From the NCBI GenBank assembly GCA_964417945.1, contig CAYQKH010000002.1, forward strand, positions 372-62,420: 62,049 nt of DNA, written 5' to 3'. The notes beneath the pieces are model-generated. The model saw only the letters and a program-made list of their open reading frames with translations, was not told where the DNA came from and did not search any database. Of this stretch, positions 47,333 to 57,638 are shown piece by piece. This DNA comes from an uncultured Opitutales bacterium. Lineage in GTDB: Bacteria > Verrucomicrobiota > Verrucomicrobiia > Opitutales > JABSRG01. Position 1 is the stretch's first letter. The number at the start of each line of letters is the position of its first letter. Made by a program: the position numbers and the translations under genes.

Positions 47333-47728
47333 TTACCAAATGTTGCAGATGAGTTCTCCACCCACCTTGTTTTTTCGGGCCTCGCGGGCGCGCATCACCC
47401 CTTTGGATGTCGTCAGGATCGCGATCCCGAGGCCTCCAAGAACCCGCGGAATATCCTGGTATCCGTAGTAAACGCGACGCCCGGGCTTGCTCTTTCGTTC
47501 CAAGCCGGTGATCGCGGGGGTCTCGTTGACGTATTTCAGGGAAACCTCCAACTGTTTGAACGAACCTTCCTCGACGGGCCGATAATCGGTGATGTAGCCT
47601 TCGTCTTTAAAAATCTGGCAGAGACTTTCGCGAATCTTTGAATGCGGACAGGTCACCGTCTCCCGGTTAGCGTTGCTGCCGTTACGGATGATCGTGAGGA
47701 AGTCCCCAATTGGGTCATGGATAGCCAT
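47333..47728 (-). CDS. rpsH: 30S ribosomal protein S8
   Basis: DPIGDFLTIIRNG...GGELICNIW. Confidence 0.97.
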   Translation of the reverse strand: MAIHDPIGDFLTIIRNGSNANRETVTCPHSKIRESLCQIFKDEGYITDYRPVEEGSFKQLEVSLKYVNETPAITGLERKSKPGRRVYYGYQDIPRVLGGLGIAILTTSKGVMRAREARKNKVGGELICNIW

Positions 47729-47746
47729 AGGATCAAATGCTAAAGG

Positions 47747-48052
47747 TTACCAGCTCGACTTGGTCACGCCTGGGATGTGGCCGCCGGTTGCCAGTTCTCG
47801 GAAGGTGAGGCGGGAGAGACCAAACTTGCGCAGGTAGGCGCGCGGACGTCCGGTTACATTGCAACGGTTGCGCAAGCGCACCGGGCTGGAGTTGCGGGGG
47901 AGCTTGGTCAGCTTGCGCTGCGCTTCGTAGAAGGCCTCGTCGTCGGTTTCGGGATCGGCGAGGATGGCCTTCAGCTCAGCGCGCGTTTTAGCGAATTTGG
48001 CGACCAGGCGTTCCCGCTTCTTGTTGCGGGCGATGGAGGATTTTTTAGCCAT
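47747..48052 (-). CDS. rpsN: 30S ribosomal protein S14 (long, non-zinc form)
   Basis: [17 protein letters not shown]...[23 protein letters not shown]. Confidence 0.96.
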   Translation of the reverse strand: MAKKSSIARNKKRERLVAKFAKTRAELKAILADPETDDEAFYEAQRKLTKLPRNSSPVRLRNRCNVTGRPRAYLRKFGLSRLTFRELATGGHIPGVTKSSW

Positions 48053-48075
48053 AGTAAATAATTTTTGAGAAAGGA

Positions 48076-48657
48076 TTATGCGGAGACCGCGGCCTCTGTT
48101 TCGCTGGATTGGGCGGAGCCGGATTTGCGGAAGGGCATCCCGAGCAGCTTCAGTAGCTCGGTCCCCTCTTTATCCGTCCCTGCGGTGGTGACAAAGGTGA
48201 TGTCCAGACCGGTGGTCCGCTTCTGTTGATCGACGTTGATCTCGGGAAAAATCGTGATGTCCGAGATCCCCAACGTGTAATTGCCGCGCCCGTCCAACTT
48301 CCCGGGAACGCCACGGAAGTCCCGGATCGCGGGTAAGGCGATATTGATCAGGCGGTAGACAAAGTCCCACATCGCGTTGCCCCGCAGGTCCACCTTCGCC
48401 CCGATCGGCATGCCCGCCCGCAGCTTGAAGTTCGAAACTGAGATGCGCGCCTTTGTGATCACCGCTTTCTGTCCTGCGATGTTGCTCACCTGGTCGGCGA
48501 TCTCCTGGACAACCCCGCGGTCCTGCACGCCAAACCCGGTATTGACCACGACCCGATCCAGCGTTGGAACCTGATGTAGGTTCTTGTAGCCCTGGGTCTT
48601 CATCAAATCGGGGACGATCTTGTCTTTATAAAATTGCTTTAATGCTGGTGTATCCAT
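48076..48657 (-). CDS. rplE: 50S ribosomal protein L5
   Basis: [15 protein letters not shown]...NYTLGI. Confidence 0.96.
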   Translation of the reverse strand: MDTPALKQFYKDKIVPDLMKTQGYKNLHQVPTLDRVVVNTGFGVQDRGVVQEIADQVSNIAGQKAVITKARISVSNFKLRAGMPIGAKVDLRGNAMWDFVYRLINIALPAIRDFRGVPGKLDGRGNYTLGISDITIFPEINVDQQKRTTGLDITFVTTAGTDKEGTELLKLLGMPFRKSGSAQSSETEAAVSA

Positions 48658-48677
48658 GGTTCTTCCTCGTGGGGGAT

Positions 48678-48941
48678 TCAGGCACCCTCACCTCGCTTTG
48701 TTGCCCGAGCGTTATAAGTTTCCGCGAGCATCACGTTGGAGCGGTGCAGGGAGGCTTCCCGTTCCGTAATTGCGCCTTCCGGATTCTCCTGCGACTTCCG
48801 CTCGTGTTTCTTGCGGAGGTTTACCCCCTCCACCAGGACTCGGTTTTTCGACGGAATGAACGAGAGGACCCGCCCGCGCTTGCCCTTGTGGGCTCCCGCA
48901 ATGACGACCACTTCGTCGCCGGATTTCAGTCGTGTTGCCAT
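48678..48941 (-). CDS. rplX: 50S ribosomal protein L24
   Basis: KOW motif LKSGDEVVVIAGAHKGKRGRV. Confidence 0.94.
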   Translation of the reverse strand: MATRLKSGDEVVVIAGAHKGKRGRVLSFIPSKNRVLVEGVNLRKKHERKSQENPEGAITEREASLHRSNVMLAETYNARATKRGEGA

Positions 48942-48943
48942 AA

Positions 48944-49309
48944 TTATAATACCTCCGGTGCCAGGGAAATGATCTTCATAAATTTTGCCCGCAGCTCACG
49001 TGCAACCGGTCCGAAAATGCGAGTCCCTCTCGGATTCGTTCCATCGCTACCAAGGATGACGCAGGCGTTCTCGTCAAAACGGAGATAGCTGCCGTCGGCA
49101 CGATGGATCGGGGCCTTGGTGCGAACCACGACCGCCTTCACAACTTCGCCTTTCTTCACCGTGGCATCCGTCGAACTGTCACGAACGTGAACCACGACAA
49201 TATCGCCGATTCCTGCGGAGCGCTTCTTCTGCCCCAGTCGGCGAATCATCATCGCGGACTTGGCCCCCGTGTTATCGGCCACTTCTAAACGGCTGTTCAT
49301 CTGAATCAT
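48944..49309 (-). CDS. rplN: 50S ribosomal protein L14
   Basis: [17 protein letters not shown]. Confidence 0.97.
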   Translation of the reverse strand: MIQMNSRLEVADNTGAKSAMMIRRLGQKKRSAGIGDIVVVHVRDSSTDATVKKGEVVKAVVVRTKAPIHRADGSYLRFDENACVILGSDGTNPRGTRIFGPVARELRAKFMKIISLAPEVL

Positions 49310-49348
49310 CGGATTTCCTCTTGCTGAAAAATGTAGGTGGGCTCCTGC

Positions 49349-49633
49349 TTAGACCCCAAGGGCTGGTGCCTTTTCAAGGATTTCGACCAGCCGCCAGCGT
49401 TTCATCTTGCTCAGGGGGCGGGTCTCCATGATGGACACCTTGTCCCCAACTTTTGCCTCGTTTTTCTCGTCATGGGTGTGCACCACGGTCTTGCGTTTCA
49501 CCTCCTTGTGATAGGCGGGGTGAGCAATCTTGTATTCGTAGGCAACCTTGATGGTTTTCTGGCCGCTGACGCTGACAACGACGCCAATCAGTTCCTTTCG
49601 GCGGTTGCGTTCAACTTTTAATGTATCGGTCAT
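49349..49633 (-). CDS. rpsQ: 30S ribosomal protein S17
   Basis: [40 protein letters not shown]. Met 49633 is preferred to 49663, which overlaps rpmC. Confidence 0.95.
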   Translation of the reverse strand: MTDTLKVERNRRKELIGVVVSVSGQKTIKVAYEYKIAHPAYHKEVKRKTVVHTHDEKNEAKVGDKVSIMETRPLSKMKRWRLVEILEKAPALGV

Positions 49634-49646
49634 GATGGTTTTAAGT

Positions 49647-49850
49647 TTAAGAGCGGTTTTCAACCGGCTGTTGCTCCCGGAGGAGGGTTTGGATACGGGC
49701 CACTTCCCGGCGTAGCTCCTTTAAGCGGTGGGAGTGCTCCACTTGGCCGGTCTGCTTCCGCAACCGAAGATTTAGTAGCTCGTCCCGGGTGTCCCGCAGG
49801 GCTTTCTGTAGTTCGGGGAGGGATTTTTCTCGGAGTTCTTTCGCTTTCAT
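49647..49850 (-). CDS. rpmC: 50S ribosomal protein L29
   Basis: [18 protein letters not shown]...[11 protein letters not shown]. Confidence 0.95.
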   Translation of the reverse strand: MKAKELREKSLPELQKALRDTRDELLNLRLRKQTGQVEHSHRLKELRREVARIQTLLREQQPVENRS

Positions 49851-49873
49851 GTGCTGTGAAGGGAAGTTGGGCG

Positions 49874-50290
49874 TTAAAGATCCTCGCGGGAAACGAAGCG
49901 GGTACGGATCCCCAATTTGGCGTCGGCTTTGCGCATCGCTTCACGGGCGACGGTTGCCGAACAACCCGAAATTTCAAAGAGAACAAGGCCTGGTTTAATC
50001 ACCGCGCACCAGTACTCGACGTTTCCTTTTCCCTTACCCTGGCGGGTTTCCGCAGGCTTTTTCGTCACTGGTTTTTGCGGAAAGACACGGATCCACACTT
50101 TTCCCCGGCGTTTCAAAGTCCGGGTGATCGCAACCCGCGCCGCTTCGATCTGGCGGGCCGTCATACGTCCACGTGTCAGGGCTTGGATGCCGAAATCCCC
50201 GAAAGCCAGAGTGTTTCCGCCCTTCGCATTCCCGCGGTTCCGGCCCTTGTGGACCTTGCGGTATTTTGTTCTCGATGGTAGTAGAGGCAT
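49874..50290 (-). CDS. rplP: 50S ribosomal protein L16
   Basis: [20 protein letters not shown]. Confidence 0.97.
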   Translation of the reverse strand: MPLLPSRTKYRKVHKGRNRGNAKGGNTLAFGDFGIQALTRGRMTARQIEAARVAITRTLKRRGKVWIRVFPQKPVTKKPAETRQGKGKGNVEYWCAVIKPGLVLFEISGCSATVAREAMRKADAKLGIRTRFVSREDL

Positions 50291-50301
50291 GGTCCGTCAG
50301 T

Positions 50302-50931
50302 TTAAAATTCCGGTTCATCGAGGCAGATCCAACACTTCACGCCGATCACCCCGTAGGTCGTCCTTGCTTCACAGAAGCCGTAGTCAATATGTTCCCGGAG
50401 CGTATGCAAGGGCACCCGACCGGAACGCTGCTGCTCGGTGCGGGCGATATCCGCACCACCCAGTCGGCCTGATACCTGCAAGCGAATTCCATTCGCACCC
50501 ATCGAAATCGTCGTCTGGACCGCTTTTTTCATCGCCCGGCGGAAGGAAATCCGACGCTCCAGTTGCAGGGCCACCGATTCCGCCACCAGCTGCGCACAGA
50601 GGTCCTGACGCTTGATCTCGTGAATATCCACCAGGACCTCGCGATCAACGATTTTACCCAGCTCCTCTTTGATCTTATCCATCTCGGAGCCCTTCTTTCC
50701 AATAACGATCCCTGGCCGTGCAGTGAAGATCTTGACCCGGATACGGTTGCTCGCGCGCTCGATAAAAATCCGCGGAACGGAGGCGTAGCGCAGCTTCTCC
50801 GTGAGGTAGCTCCGGATTTTTTGATCGTCTGCAATATATTTCGGGAAATCCTGTTTCGTTGCGTACCAACGGGAATCCCAGTTGCGGTTTACTGAAAGGC
50901 GGAAGCCGATTGGATTTACTTTTTGACCCAT
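50302..50931 (-). CDS. rpsC: 30S ribosomal protein S3
   Basis: MGQKVNPIGFRL; KH domain. Confidence 0.97.
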   Translation of the reverse strand: MGQKVNPIGFRLSVNRNWDSRWYATKQDFPKYIADDQKIRSYLTEKLRYASVPRIFIERASNRIRVKIFTARPGIVIGKKGSEMDKIKEELGKIVDREVLVDIHEIKRQDLCAQLVAESVALQLERRISFRRAMKKAVQTTISMGANGIRLQVSGRLGGADIARTEQQRSGRVPLHTLREHIDYGFCEARTTYGVIGVKCWICLDEPEF

Positions 50932-50948
50932 GATGAAAAAAATCGAAG

Positions 50949-51299
50949 TTAGGTTTTGGCGGTCGGCAATTCGTCCGTCAGGACAATACGGATGTGACTG
51001 GTTCGCTTTTTAAAGGGGTGGGCCATCCCGCGGGAGACCGGACGGAATCGACGAAAGGCGGGACCATCTTCAACGATGGCCTTTTCGATCGTCAGCACAT
51101 CCCCGGTGATGTTATTGTTATTTTCCGCATTGGCGATGGCGCTCTGCAGGGTTTTTGCGAGAAGACGGGCGCTCTTGCGCGGAATGAACTTGAGCAACTC
51201 AAGCGCGTCGGCCGCGTTTCGTCCCTGAATCTCCCGGGCAATTTCCCGAACCTTCTTCGGCGACATTCTGGCAAATTTGGTGTAAGCTTGGACTTGCAT
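50949..51299 (-). CDS. rplV: 50S ribosomal protein L22
   Basis: KFARMSPKKVREIAREIQG...HIRIVL. Confidence 0.96.
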   Translation of the reverse strand: MQVQAYTKFARMSPKKVREIAREIQGRNAADALELLKFIPRKSARLLAKTLQSAIANAENNNNITGDVLTIEKAIVEDGPAFRRFRPVSRGMAHPFKKRTSHIRIVLTDELPTAKT

Positions 51300-51310
51300 G
51301 ACGGGGACGT

Positions 51311-51679
51311 TTAAAGGATTGATGCGTTTCGGGATTTGACTCGGACAGGATCCCCCTTGATCAGATCGCGACCCGCGGATATCCGAGTTATAAGGGCGGC
51401 GGTTTCATTGCGACGGGTTGCGATCACAATCAGTTCCGCCACTGGAACTCCATTCGGCTCCACCACGAGGATCATTCCGGGACGAAATCCCGATGCAGAG
51501 CCCCCCCGGCAAAGGACCAGGTCCGGTCCTTCGCTAACTTCGATGGCGCCTACCTTTCCGCTGAACCGCTCCATCGGCGCATCCTCGGCGACTGCGGAGA
51601 GAACCAGCGCCATCAATGCAATCAGAAACGATGTTAACCGGGACCACGGACGGAACGCAACTGGGAAGGAAGAAGGCAT
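51311..51679 (-). CDS. Hypothetical exported protein (122 aa) inserted between rpsS and rplV
   Basis: Fills a 401-nt gap on the same strand, leaving spacers of 21 and 11 nt. Sec-type signal MPSSFPVAFRPWSR-LTSFLIALMALVLSAVA|ED. Beta-rich mature part ending LIKGDPVRVK. The antisense ORF is Arg/Ser-rich junk. Confidence 0.6.
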   Translation of the reverse strand: MPSSFPVAFRPWSRLTSFLIALMALVLSAVAEDAPMERFSGKVGAIEVSEGPDLVLCRGGSASGFRPGMILVVEPNGVPVAELIVIATRRNETAALITRISAGRDLIKGDPVRVKSRNASIL

Positions 51680-51700
51680 GGCGAAATGGCGGATAAAAAG

Positions 51701-51970
51701 TTATTTCTGGGTGTGAGCGCTGTGGCCCTTAAAAGTTCGGGTCGGGGCGAATTCCCCGAGCTTGTGCCCGACCATGTTTTCCGTTACGTAGACCGGGACG
51801 AAGCCTTTACCGTTATGAACACTCAGGTTCAGACCAACGAAGTCGGGCGTGATCGTGGAACGCCGCGACCAAGTCTGAATCGGTCGGCGGTCATCGGTTT
51901 GCTGGGCCTTCTGAATCTTATTCATGAGGCCGGGATCGACGAAGAAACCTTTTTTAATTGAACGTGCCAT
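51701..51970 (-). CDS. rpsS: 30S ribosomal protein S19
   Basis: [12 protein letters not shown]...[16 protein letters not shown]. Confidence 0.97.
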   Translation of the reverse strand: MARSIKKGFFVDPGLMNKIQKAQQTDDRRPIQTWSRRSTITPDFVGLNLSVHNGKGFVPVYVTENMVGHKLGEFAPTRTFKGHSAHTQK

Positions 51971-51982
51971 GGTCGGAAAACG

Positions 51983-52828
51983 TTAACCTTGTTTAACTTT
52001 GCGTCCGTTGCGGCGCACCAGAATGTCTTTGTTGGAGCGCTTGGACTTTGGCCGGGTCGGGAAGCCCTTGGAGAGCTGACCCCAAGGGGACATTGGGTGG
52101 CCACCACCGGAGGTCCGGCCTTCCCCACCGCCCATCGGGTGGTCTACCGGGTTCATCGCCACACCGCGGACCCGCGGACGACGTCCTTTCCAACGGTTGC
52201 GCCCCGCCTTGCCCATACTTTCCTTCTGGTGGTCGCCGTTTCCTACCATCCCGATCGTCGCCCGACATTTCGAGTTCAGCAGGCGGATTTCACCCGAGGG
52301 CATGCGGACCGTCGCCTTTTTTTTATCGACGCCGACTAACTGGGCGGCGTTGCCCGCCGAGCGGACCAGTTTTGCCCCTTTTCCGGGCTCCATCTCAATG
52401 GCGTGGATACGCGTCGAGGGCGGAATAATCGAAAGCGGCATCGACCAACCTACATTGAATTCCGTGGCCCTTTCCACGTTGCCGATGCTGTCCCCGACAT
52501 TGAGGCCGCGGGGCGCCAGGATGTAACGCTTTTCCCCGTCTTGGTAGCAGATCAGAGCGATCAAAGCGGTGCGGTTTGGATCATACTCAATCGCTTCTAC
52601 TTTCGCCGATACATTCAGCTTTTCGCGATGAAAGTCGATCGCGCGGTAGAGACGCTTGTGTCCACCGCCACGGCGGCGGGAGGTGATCCGGCCATAGGCA
52701 TTGCGGCCTTTTTTGCGGTGGCGGCTGGAGGTCAGTTTCCGTTCCGGGCGTTTCCCTGAGAGCGTTTTCTTATTCCGCTCGAGGTAGCGCTGTCCGGGCG
52801 TGACGGGTTTGCTGGCGACAATAGGCAT
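51983..52828 (-). CDS. rplB: 50S ribosomal protein L2
   Basis: GGGHKRLYRAIDF, NPVDHPMGGGEGRTSGG. Confidence 0.97.
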   Translation of the reverse strand: MPIVASKPVTPGQRYLERNKKTLSGKRPERKLTSSRHRKKGRNAYGRITSRRRGGGHKRLYRAIDFHREKLNVSAKVEAIEYDPNRTALIALICYQDGEKRYILAPRGLNVGDSIGNVERATEFNVGWSMPLSIIPPSTRIHAIEMEPGKGAKLVRSAGNAAQLVGVDKKKATVRMPSGEIRLLNSKCRATIGMVGNGDHQKESMGKAGRNRWKGRRPRVRGVAMNPVDHPMGGGEGRTSGGGHPMSPWGQLSKGFPTRPKSKRSNKDILVRRNGRKVKQG

Positions 52829-52849
52829 GAGATTTTTTTCCTCTCTGGT

Positions 52850-53140
52850 TTATACCATCTCGATCGTTTCGCCCTCCTTGAGGGTGACAATCGCTTTTTT
52901 GTAGCCGCTCTTCCGCCCGGTATTTTGCCGACGGGTGCGGTCCAGGGTGAATTTCGGCTTCACGTTCAAAATGTTGACCCGTGCCACGGACACCCCGAAG
53001 GTTTGCTCCACCGCCTGCTGCACCTGCTTCCGGCCAGCGGATTTCGCCACCTCGAAGGTATACTGGTTGAGATTCGCAGTCAGCTCCGAGGCCTTTTCCG
53101 TTACCCGGTATTCAAGTAGGACTTTATTTGCGTCAATCAT
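52850..53140 (-). CDS. rplW: 50S ribosomal protein L23
   Basis: YRVTEKASELT...YTFEVAKSAGRKQVQQAVEQTFGV..V. Confidence 0.94.
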   Translation of the reverse strand: MIDANKVLLEYRVTEKASELTANLNQYTFEVAKSAGRKQVQQAVEQTFGVSVARVNILNVKPKFTLDRTRRQNTGRKSGYKKAIVTLKEGETIEMV

Positions 53141-53775
53141 CCTTCTGATTCTCCATTCAACCGAGTCAGGACCGTATCGAGACCTTTTTCCGTTAGGATG
53201 ATCTGGTCGTAAAAAACCAGATCATAACTGTTTAAGGTGCTTGAGCGGGTGACCGCAACCCGTGGGAGGTTCCGCGTGGCAAGGGCGGCATTGTCACCGA
53301 AATGGTCGTCCACCAATAGGACCTTCCCGGTCGGCGCGATCTGTCCGACAATTGAGTTCATCATTCGCGTCTTCGGTTCGGAGAGGTTGAAATTCTCGAT
53401 CAGGGAGAGATCCCCTTCCGAAGCACGTTCGAAAAGCGCGCGGTTGAAGGCCAGATCCCGCATCTTGCGATTTAATTTCTGGGAATAGTCGCGGGGCTTC
53501 GGCCCGAAAGCGATCCCTCCACCGCGATGCTGCGTACTCCTCCGAGTTCCCTGGCGGGCCATCCCCGTTCCTTTCTGCCGAAAAGGTTTTTTCCCGGTCC
53601 CGGATACTTCGGCGCGGGTTTTCGTGCTTGCTGTTCCCTGGCGCTGGTTTGCGCGGTAGGCCAGGATGACCTGACGCAAGGCGTCTACTCCCTTCTCCCC
53701 ATCAAAAGCGGGAAAATGGGAGACTTCCTTCTCGGAACTCTGGGTTCCGTCCGCGGTGTAAAGTTTCAATTTCAT
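53137..53775 (-). CDS. rplD: 50S ribosomal protein L4
   Basis: GTGKKPFRQKGTGMARQGTRRSTQHRGGGIAFGPKPRDY. The stop overlaps the rplW start by 4 nt. Confidence 0.96.
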   Translation of the reverse strand: MKLKLYTADGTQSSEKEVSHFPAFDGEKGVDALRQVILAYRANQRQGTASTKTRAEVSGTGKKPFRQKGTGMARQGTRRSTQHRGGGIAFGPKPRDYSQKLNRKMRDLAFNRALFERASEGDLSLIENFNLSEPKTRMMNSIVGQIAPTGKVLLVDDHFGDNAALATRNLPRVAVTRSSTLNSYDLVFYDQIILTEKGLDTVLTRLNGESEG

Positions 53776-53776
53776 C

Positions 53777-54424
53777 TTAGGCGGCTCCTCTGCGTTTCTT
53801 GATGGCGGGCCGGACGGATACTATCGATCCGTTGTAGCCTGGAAAACTCCCCTTTACCAGCAACAGGTTCTTCTCCGGAATGACCTTTACCACTTTGAGA
53901 TTCTGGGTCGTGCGGTTTCCCCCACCCATGCGCCCGGGCATCTTTTTCCCTTTCAGAATTTCACCCGGCCATTGGCACATCCCATAGGATCCACCGCGCC
54001 GGTGAAACATCGATCCGTGGGACGCCGGCCCACCACTAAATCCCCAGCGTTTGACCACGCCTTGGAATCCCCGACCTTTCGCCGTCGCGATCACGTCCAC
54101 CTTCTCGATTTCGCTGAAGGCGTCTATCGTCAGTTTCTCTCCGACTTCATAGGTCTTTGAAGAATCATCAGTGCGGAATTCCTTCAGGCAGCGGACCGGG
54201 TCTACACCAGCTTTCTTCAGATGACCGAGCACAGGTTGGCTCAAACGGCTTTCCTTCTGAGGGCCGAAACCGATCTGGACCGCTTGATAGCCGTCTTTTT
54301 CCTCGGTCTTAATCTGGGTCACCGAGCAGGGACCCACTTCGATGACCGTCACGGGTATTAGACGATTGTTTTCGTCAAATACTTGGGTCATCCCTAGTTT
54401 TTTTCCTGTTAGTGTAAAACTCAT
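53777..54424 (-). CDS. rplC: 50S ribosomal protein L3
   Basis: LTGKKLGMTQVFDE...KGRGFQGVVKRW. Confidence 0.97.
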   Translation of the reverse strand: MSFTLTGKKLGMTQVFDENNRLIPVTVIEVGPCSVTQIKTEEKDGYQAVQIGFGPQKESRLSQPVLGHLKKAGVDPVRCLKEFRTDDSSKTYEVGEKLTIDAFSEIEKVDVIATAKGRGFQGVVKRWGFSGGPASHGSMFHRRGGSYGMCQWPGEILKGKKMPGRMGGGNRTTQNLKVVKVIPEKNLLLVKGSFPGYNGSIVSVRPAIKKRRGAA

Positions 54425-54621
54425 GGTGCTAAGCGGCAGGTGGGATCGGCTCCCGTTTAAAGACCTGCTTTAGTCTTCGGGTTGGTTACTTTGAGGGATT
54501 CGGTTAAAATAATGAGGTTGCGGAAAGAAATCGATCGGGTCCTGACTCAGCGCTGGGTTTCGGAGATTTTAAAAACTAGTTCGCCGAGGATTGACCGGGG
54601 AAGATTGGTTTCGAGTTAGAC

Positions 54622-54930
54622 TTAAACGTTGATCGTGATGTCGACGCCTGCGGGGAGATTAAGCTTTTTGAGCTCGTCCACCGTTGCTGCGGTCGGCTCG
54701 AGGATGTCGATCAGACGCTTGTGCGTCCGGACTTCAAATTGATCCATGGACTTTTTGTCGACATGCGGCGATCGGTTCACCGTGAAGATTTCGATTCGCG
54801 TCGGCAGGGGCACCGGGCCAGCAACCCGTGCGCCGGAGCGCTTCGCGGTTTCCACGATATCCGATGCGGACTGATCGATGATTCGGTAATCAAAGCCTTT
54901 TAGGCGAATACGAATGCGTTGAGTAGCCAT
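54622..54930 (-). CDS. rpsJ: 30S ribosomal protein S10
   Basis: [41 protein letters not shown]. Confidence 0.97.
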   Translation of the reverse strand: MATQRIRIRLKGFDYRIIDQSASDIVETAKRSGARVAGPVPLPTRIEIFTVNRSPHVDKKSMDQFEVRTHKRLIDILEPTAATVDELKKLNLPAGVDITINV

Positions 54931-54966
54931 GGATGGAAAAGAACAGAAATGAGTGGGTAAAAACGA

Positions 54967-57114
54967 TCAGGTGCGGGCAGGTTCGCGGGAGGAAGTCTCG
55001 ACGATTTTGCTCAGGATGGAGGACGGAACCTGCTCGAAGTGCGACGGGGTCATCGAATAAGAGGCCCGGCCCTTCGAGAGCGAACGCACGTCCGTGGCAT
55101 ATCCGAACATCTGTTCAAGCGGCACGTGGGCCGTGATGATGGTCATGTTCGTCTTCGACTCCATGCCTTGGATCTGGCCACGGCGGCGGTTGAGGTCGCC
55201 CATAATGTCCCCTTGATACTCGTCCGGAGTCGTCACTTCCACTTCCATAACCGGTTCCAGCAGGATTGGTTGGGCTTTGTTCATCGCATCCTTAAAGGCG
55301 AAGATTCCCGCCATCTTGAACGCCATTTCGGAAGAGTCTACGTCGTGAAAACTGCCATCGAAGAGTTCTACCCGGAAGTCGACTACCGGATACCCGGCCA
55401 CCACCCCGTTGTTCGCTGCCTCAAGGATGCCGTCGAAAGTCGGCTTGATGAATTCTTTCGGAATCGTCCCGCCGACAATCTTATTGTCGAGATCGACTCC
55501 CTTGCTCTTCTCGTTCGGGGAAAGCCGGATTTCGCAATGCCCATACTGTCCGCGACCGCCCGATTGACGGACAAATTTCCCGGTTCCTTCGGAGTTGCCA
55601 AGGATGGTTTCCCGGTAGGCGATTTGCGGCTTTCCAGCTTCCGCCTCAACTTTAAATTCGCGGAAGAGCCGATCCCGGATGATTTCCAGGTGGAGTTCGC
55701 CCATCCCTGCGATCAATGTCTGCCCGGTTTCCTCGTCGGAGCGGACCACGAAGGTGGGATCCTCTTCTGCAAGACGCTGGAGGGCGAGGGACATTTTTTC
55801 TTGGTCGGCTTTGGTATTGGGCTCGATTGACATCGAGATAACCGGGTCCGGGAAGGAGGGCGGCTCCAATTGAATGTCCAGTTCCTTATCGCAAATAGTA
55901 TCCCCTGTCACCACATCCTTGACGCCGATCAGCGCGCAGATATCCCCGGAATAGGCGACTTCGATATCCTCTCGGGTATCCGCCTTCATAATCATCAATC
56001 GGCTGATTCGCTCGGTCTTGCGGGTACGGGGGTTGTAAAGGGCCGAACCTTTTTTCAAGGTCCCTTGATAGACCCGGTAGAAGACCAGTTTTCCAACATA
56101 GGGGTCGGTCATTAATTTGAAGGCCAAACCGGCCACCGGAGCTTTATCGTCCGGACGAATCAACACCTCTTCGCCATCATCATTTTCTCCCCGCATTGCT
56201 GGCAGCTCAAGGGGGTTCGGGAGGTAATCGACCACCGCATCCATCAACATCTGGACGCCCTTGTTCTTAAAGGCAGAACCGGGGATTACTCCAACAAAAT
56301 TGAGACTCGTTGTCGCCGCCCGGATCGCCGTCCGCAGCTCATCCACCGAAATCTCTTCGCCTTCGAGAAATTTCATTGCGAGGTCGTCGTCAAAATCGGC
56401 TACAGCCTCAATCAACTTTTCCCGTGCAGCAGACGCTTCTTCCACATACTCCGCGGGAATGTCTGTGGTGTCGAACTTGATTCCCGCCTCATCGCTTTCG
56501 TCGTAGAGAAAGGCCACCATCCGCACGAGGTCGATCATTCCCCGGAAATTTTCCTCCGCTCCGATCGGAAGATAAAGCGGGTGGGCATTGCCCCCGAGCT
56601 TCTCACGGATTGTTTTACAAGCATACTCAAAATCGGATCCGGTCCTATCCATCTTGTTGATGAACGCGATGCGGGGTACATGATACTTGTCCATTTGCCG
56701 CCACACCGTTTCGGATTGAGGTTGCACTCCTTCCACTGACGTAAAGACCGCTACTGCGCCGTCGAGGACCCGTAGCGAGCGCTCTACTTCGGCCGTAAAG
56801 TCTACGTGGCCGGGGGTGTCGATGATGTTAATCTGGTGCTCTATCCCCACAAAGGGTCCGTCGGATGTCGTCCAGCGGCAGGAAATCGCGGCAGAGGTAA
56901 TCGTAATCCCCCGTTCCCGCTCCTGTTCCATCCAGTCGGTTACCGCGCTGCCTTCGTGCACCTCGCCCATTTTGTGGACGACGCCGGAATAGAAAAGAAC
57001 GCGTTCGGTCGTGGTCGTCTTCCCAGCGTCAATATGGGCGGCAATCCCGATGTTCCGCGTATATTCAAGCGGGAATTTCCGTCCGGAAGAGTTTACTTCT
57101 GAGAGGTTAGCCAT
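54967..57114 (-). CDS. fusA: Elongation factor G
   Basis: [35 protein letters not shown]; 715 aa. Confidence 0.97.
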   Translation of the reverse strand: MANLSEVNSSGRKFPLEYTRNIGIAAHIDAGKTTTTERVLFYSGVVHKMGEVHEGSAVTDWMEQERERGITITSAAISCRWTTSDGPFVGIEHQINIIDTPGHVDFTAEVERSLRVLDGAVAVFTSVEGVQPQSETVWRQMDKYHVPRIAFINKMDRTGSDFEYACKTIREKLGGNAHPLYLPIGAEENFRGMIDLVRMVAFLYDESDEAGIKFDTTDIPAEYVEEASAAREKLIEAVADFDDDLAMKFLEGEEISVDELRTAIRAATTSLNFVGVIPGSAFKNKGVQMLMDAVVDYLPNPLELPAMRGENDDGEEVLIRPDDKAPVAGLAFKLMTDPYVGKLVFYRVYQGTLKKGSALYNPRTRKTERISRLMIMKADTREDIEVAYSGDICALIGVKDVVTGDTICDKELDIQLEPPSFPDPVISMSIEPNTKADQEKMSLALQRLAEEDPTFVVRSDEETGQTLIAGMGELHLEIIRDRLFREFKVEAEAGKPQIAYRETILGNSEGTGKFVRQSGGRGQYGHCEIRLSPNEKSKGVDLDNKIVGGTIPKEFIKPTFDGILEAANNGVVAGYPVVDFRVELFDGSFHDVDSSEMAFKMAGIFAFKDAMNKAQPILLEPVMEVEVTTPDEYQGDIMGDLNRRRGQIQGMESKTNMTIITAHVPLEQMFGYATDVRSLSKGRASYSMTPSHFEQVPSSILSKIVETSSREPART

Positions 57115-57152
57115 GGTCGGTCAGTTTGCAGTCAGCTTTAAATCAAAGGGGA

Positions 57153-57626
57153 TCACCAGCGGAGGTGAGCGAAGGCCCGGTTTGCCTGAGCCATCTTGTG
57201 CGTTTCTTCTTTCTTTTTCACGACCGCACCCGTGTTGTTGTAGGCATCGAGAATTTCCTGTGCCAAAGCTTCCCGCATCGGCATTCCACCACGGCTGCGG
57301 GCGGTATTTACCATCCAGCGAAGCGCGAGGCTTTGCTGCCTTTCGAAAGAGATTTCGACTGGGACTTGGTAGGTTGCCCCGCCGACCCGTCGGCTCTTCA
57401 CTTCGAGTTTGGGCCGAGCATTCTCCAGCGCTCCAAGGAGAATTTCCGTGGGGTCTCCCTTCTCCAGTTTTTCGGATACCCGTTCGATCGCACCGTAAAC
57501 GATTCGTTGCGCGAGGGATTTTTTTCCGCGCTCCATTACGGTATTGACCAGGGAGGCCACTAGGAGATTGTTGTAGCGGGGATCAGGAATGGCTTCCCGT
57601 TTGTCGGCTCTGTGTCTGCGGGACAT
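57153..57626 (-). CDS. rpsG: 30S ribosomal protein S7
   Basis: [18 protein letters not shown]...AFAHLRW. Confidence 0.97.
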   Translation of the reverse strand: MSRRHRADKREAIPDPRYNNLLVASLVNTVMERGKKSLAQRIVYGAIERVSEKLEKGDPTEILLGALENARPKLEVKSRRVGGATYQVPVEISFERQQSLALRWMVNTARSRGGMPMREALAQEILDAYNNTGAVVKKKEETHKMAQANRAFAHLRW

Positions 57627-57638
57627 GATAGAAACTCC

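Noticed and set aside
51336-51716. 126-aa plus-strand ORF in the rpsS-rplV gap
   Set aside because: Its composition is Arg/Ser/Thr-rich, it runs against the operon direction and it overlaps the rpsS 3' end. The minus-strand ORF with a signal peptide fits the gap far better.
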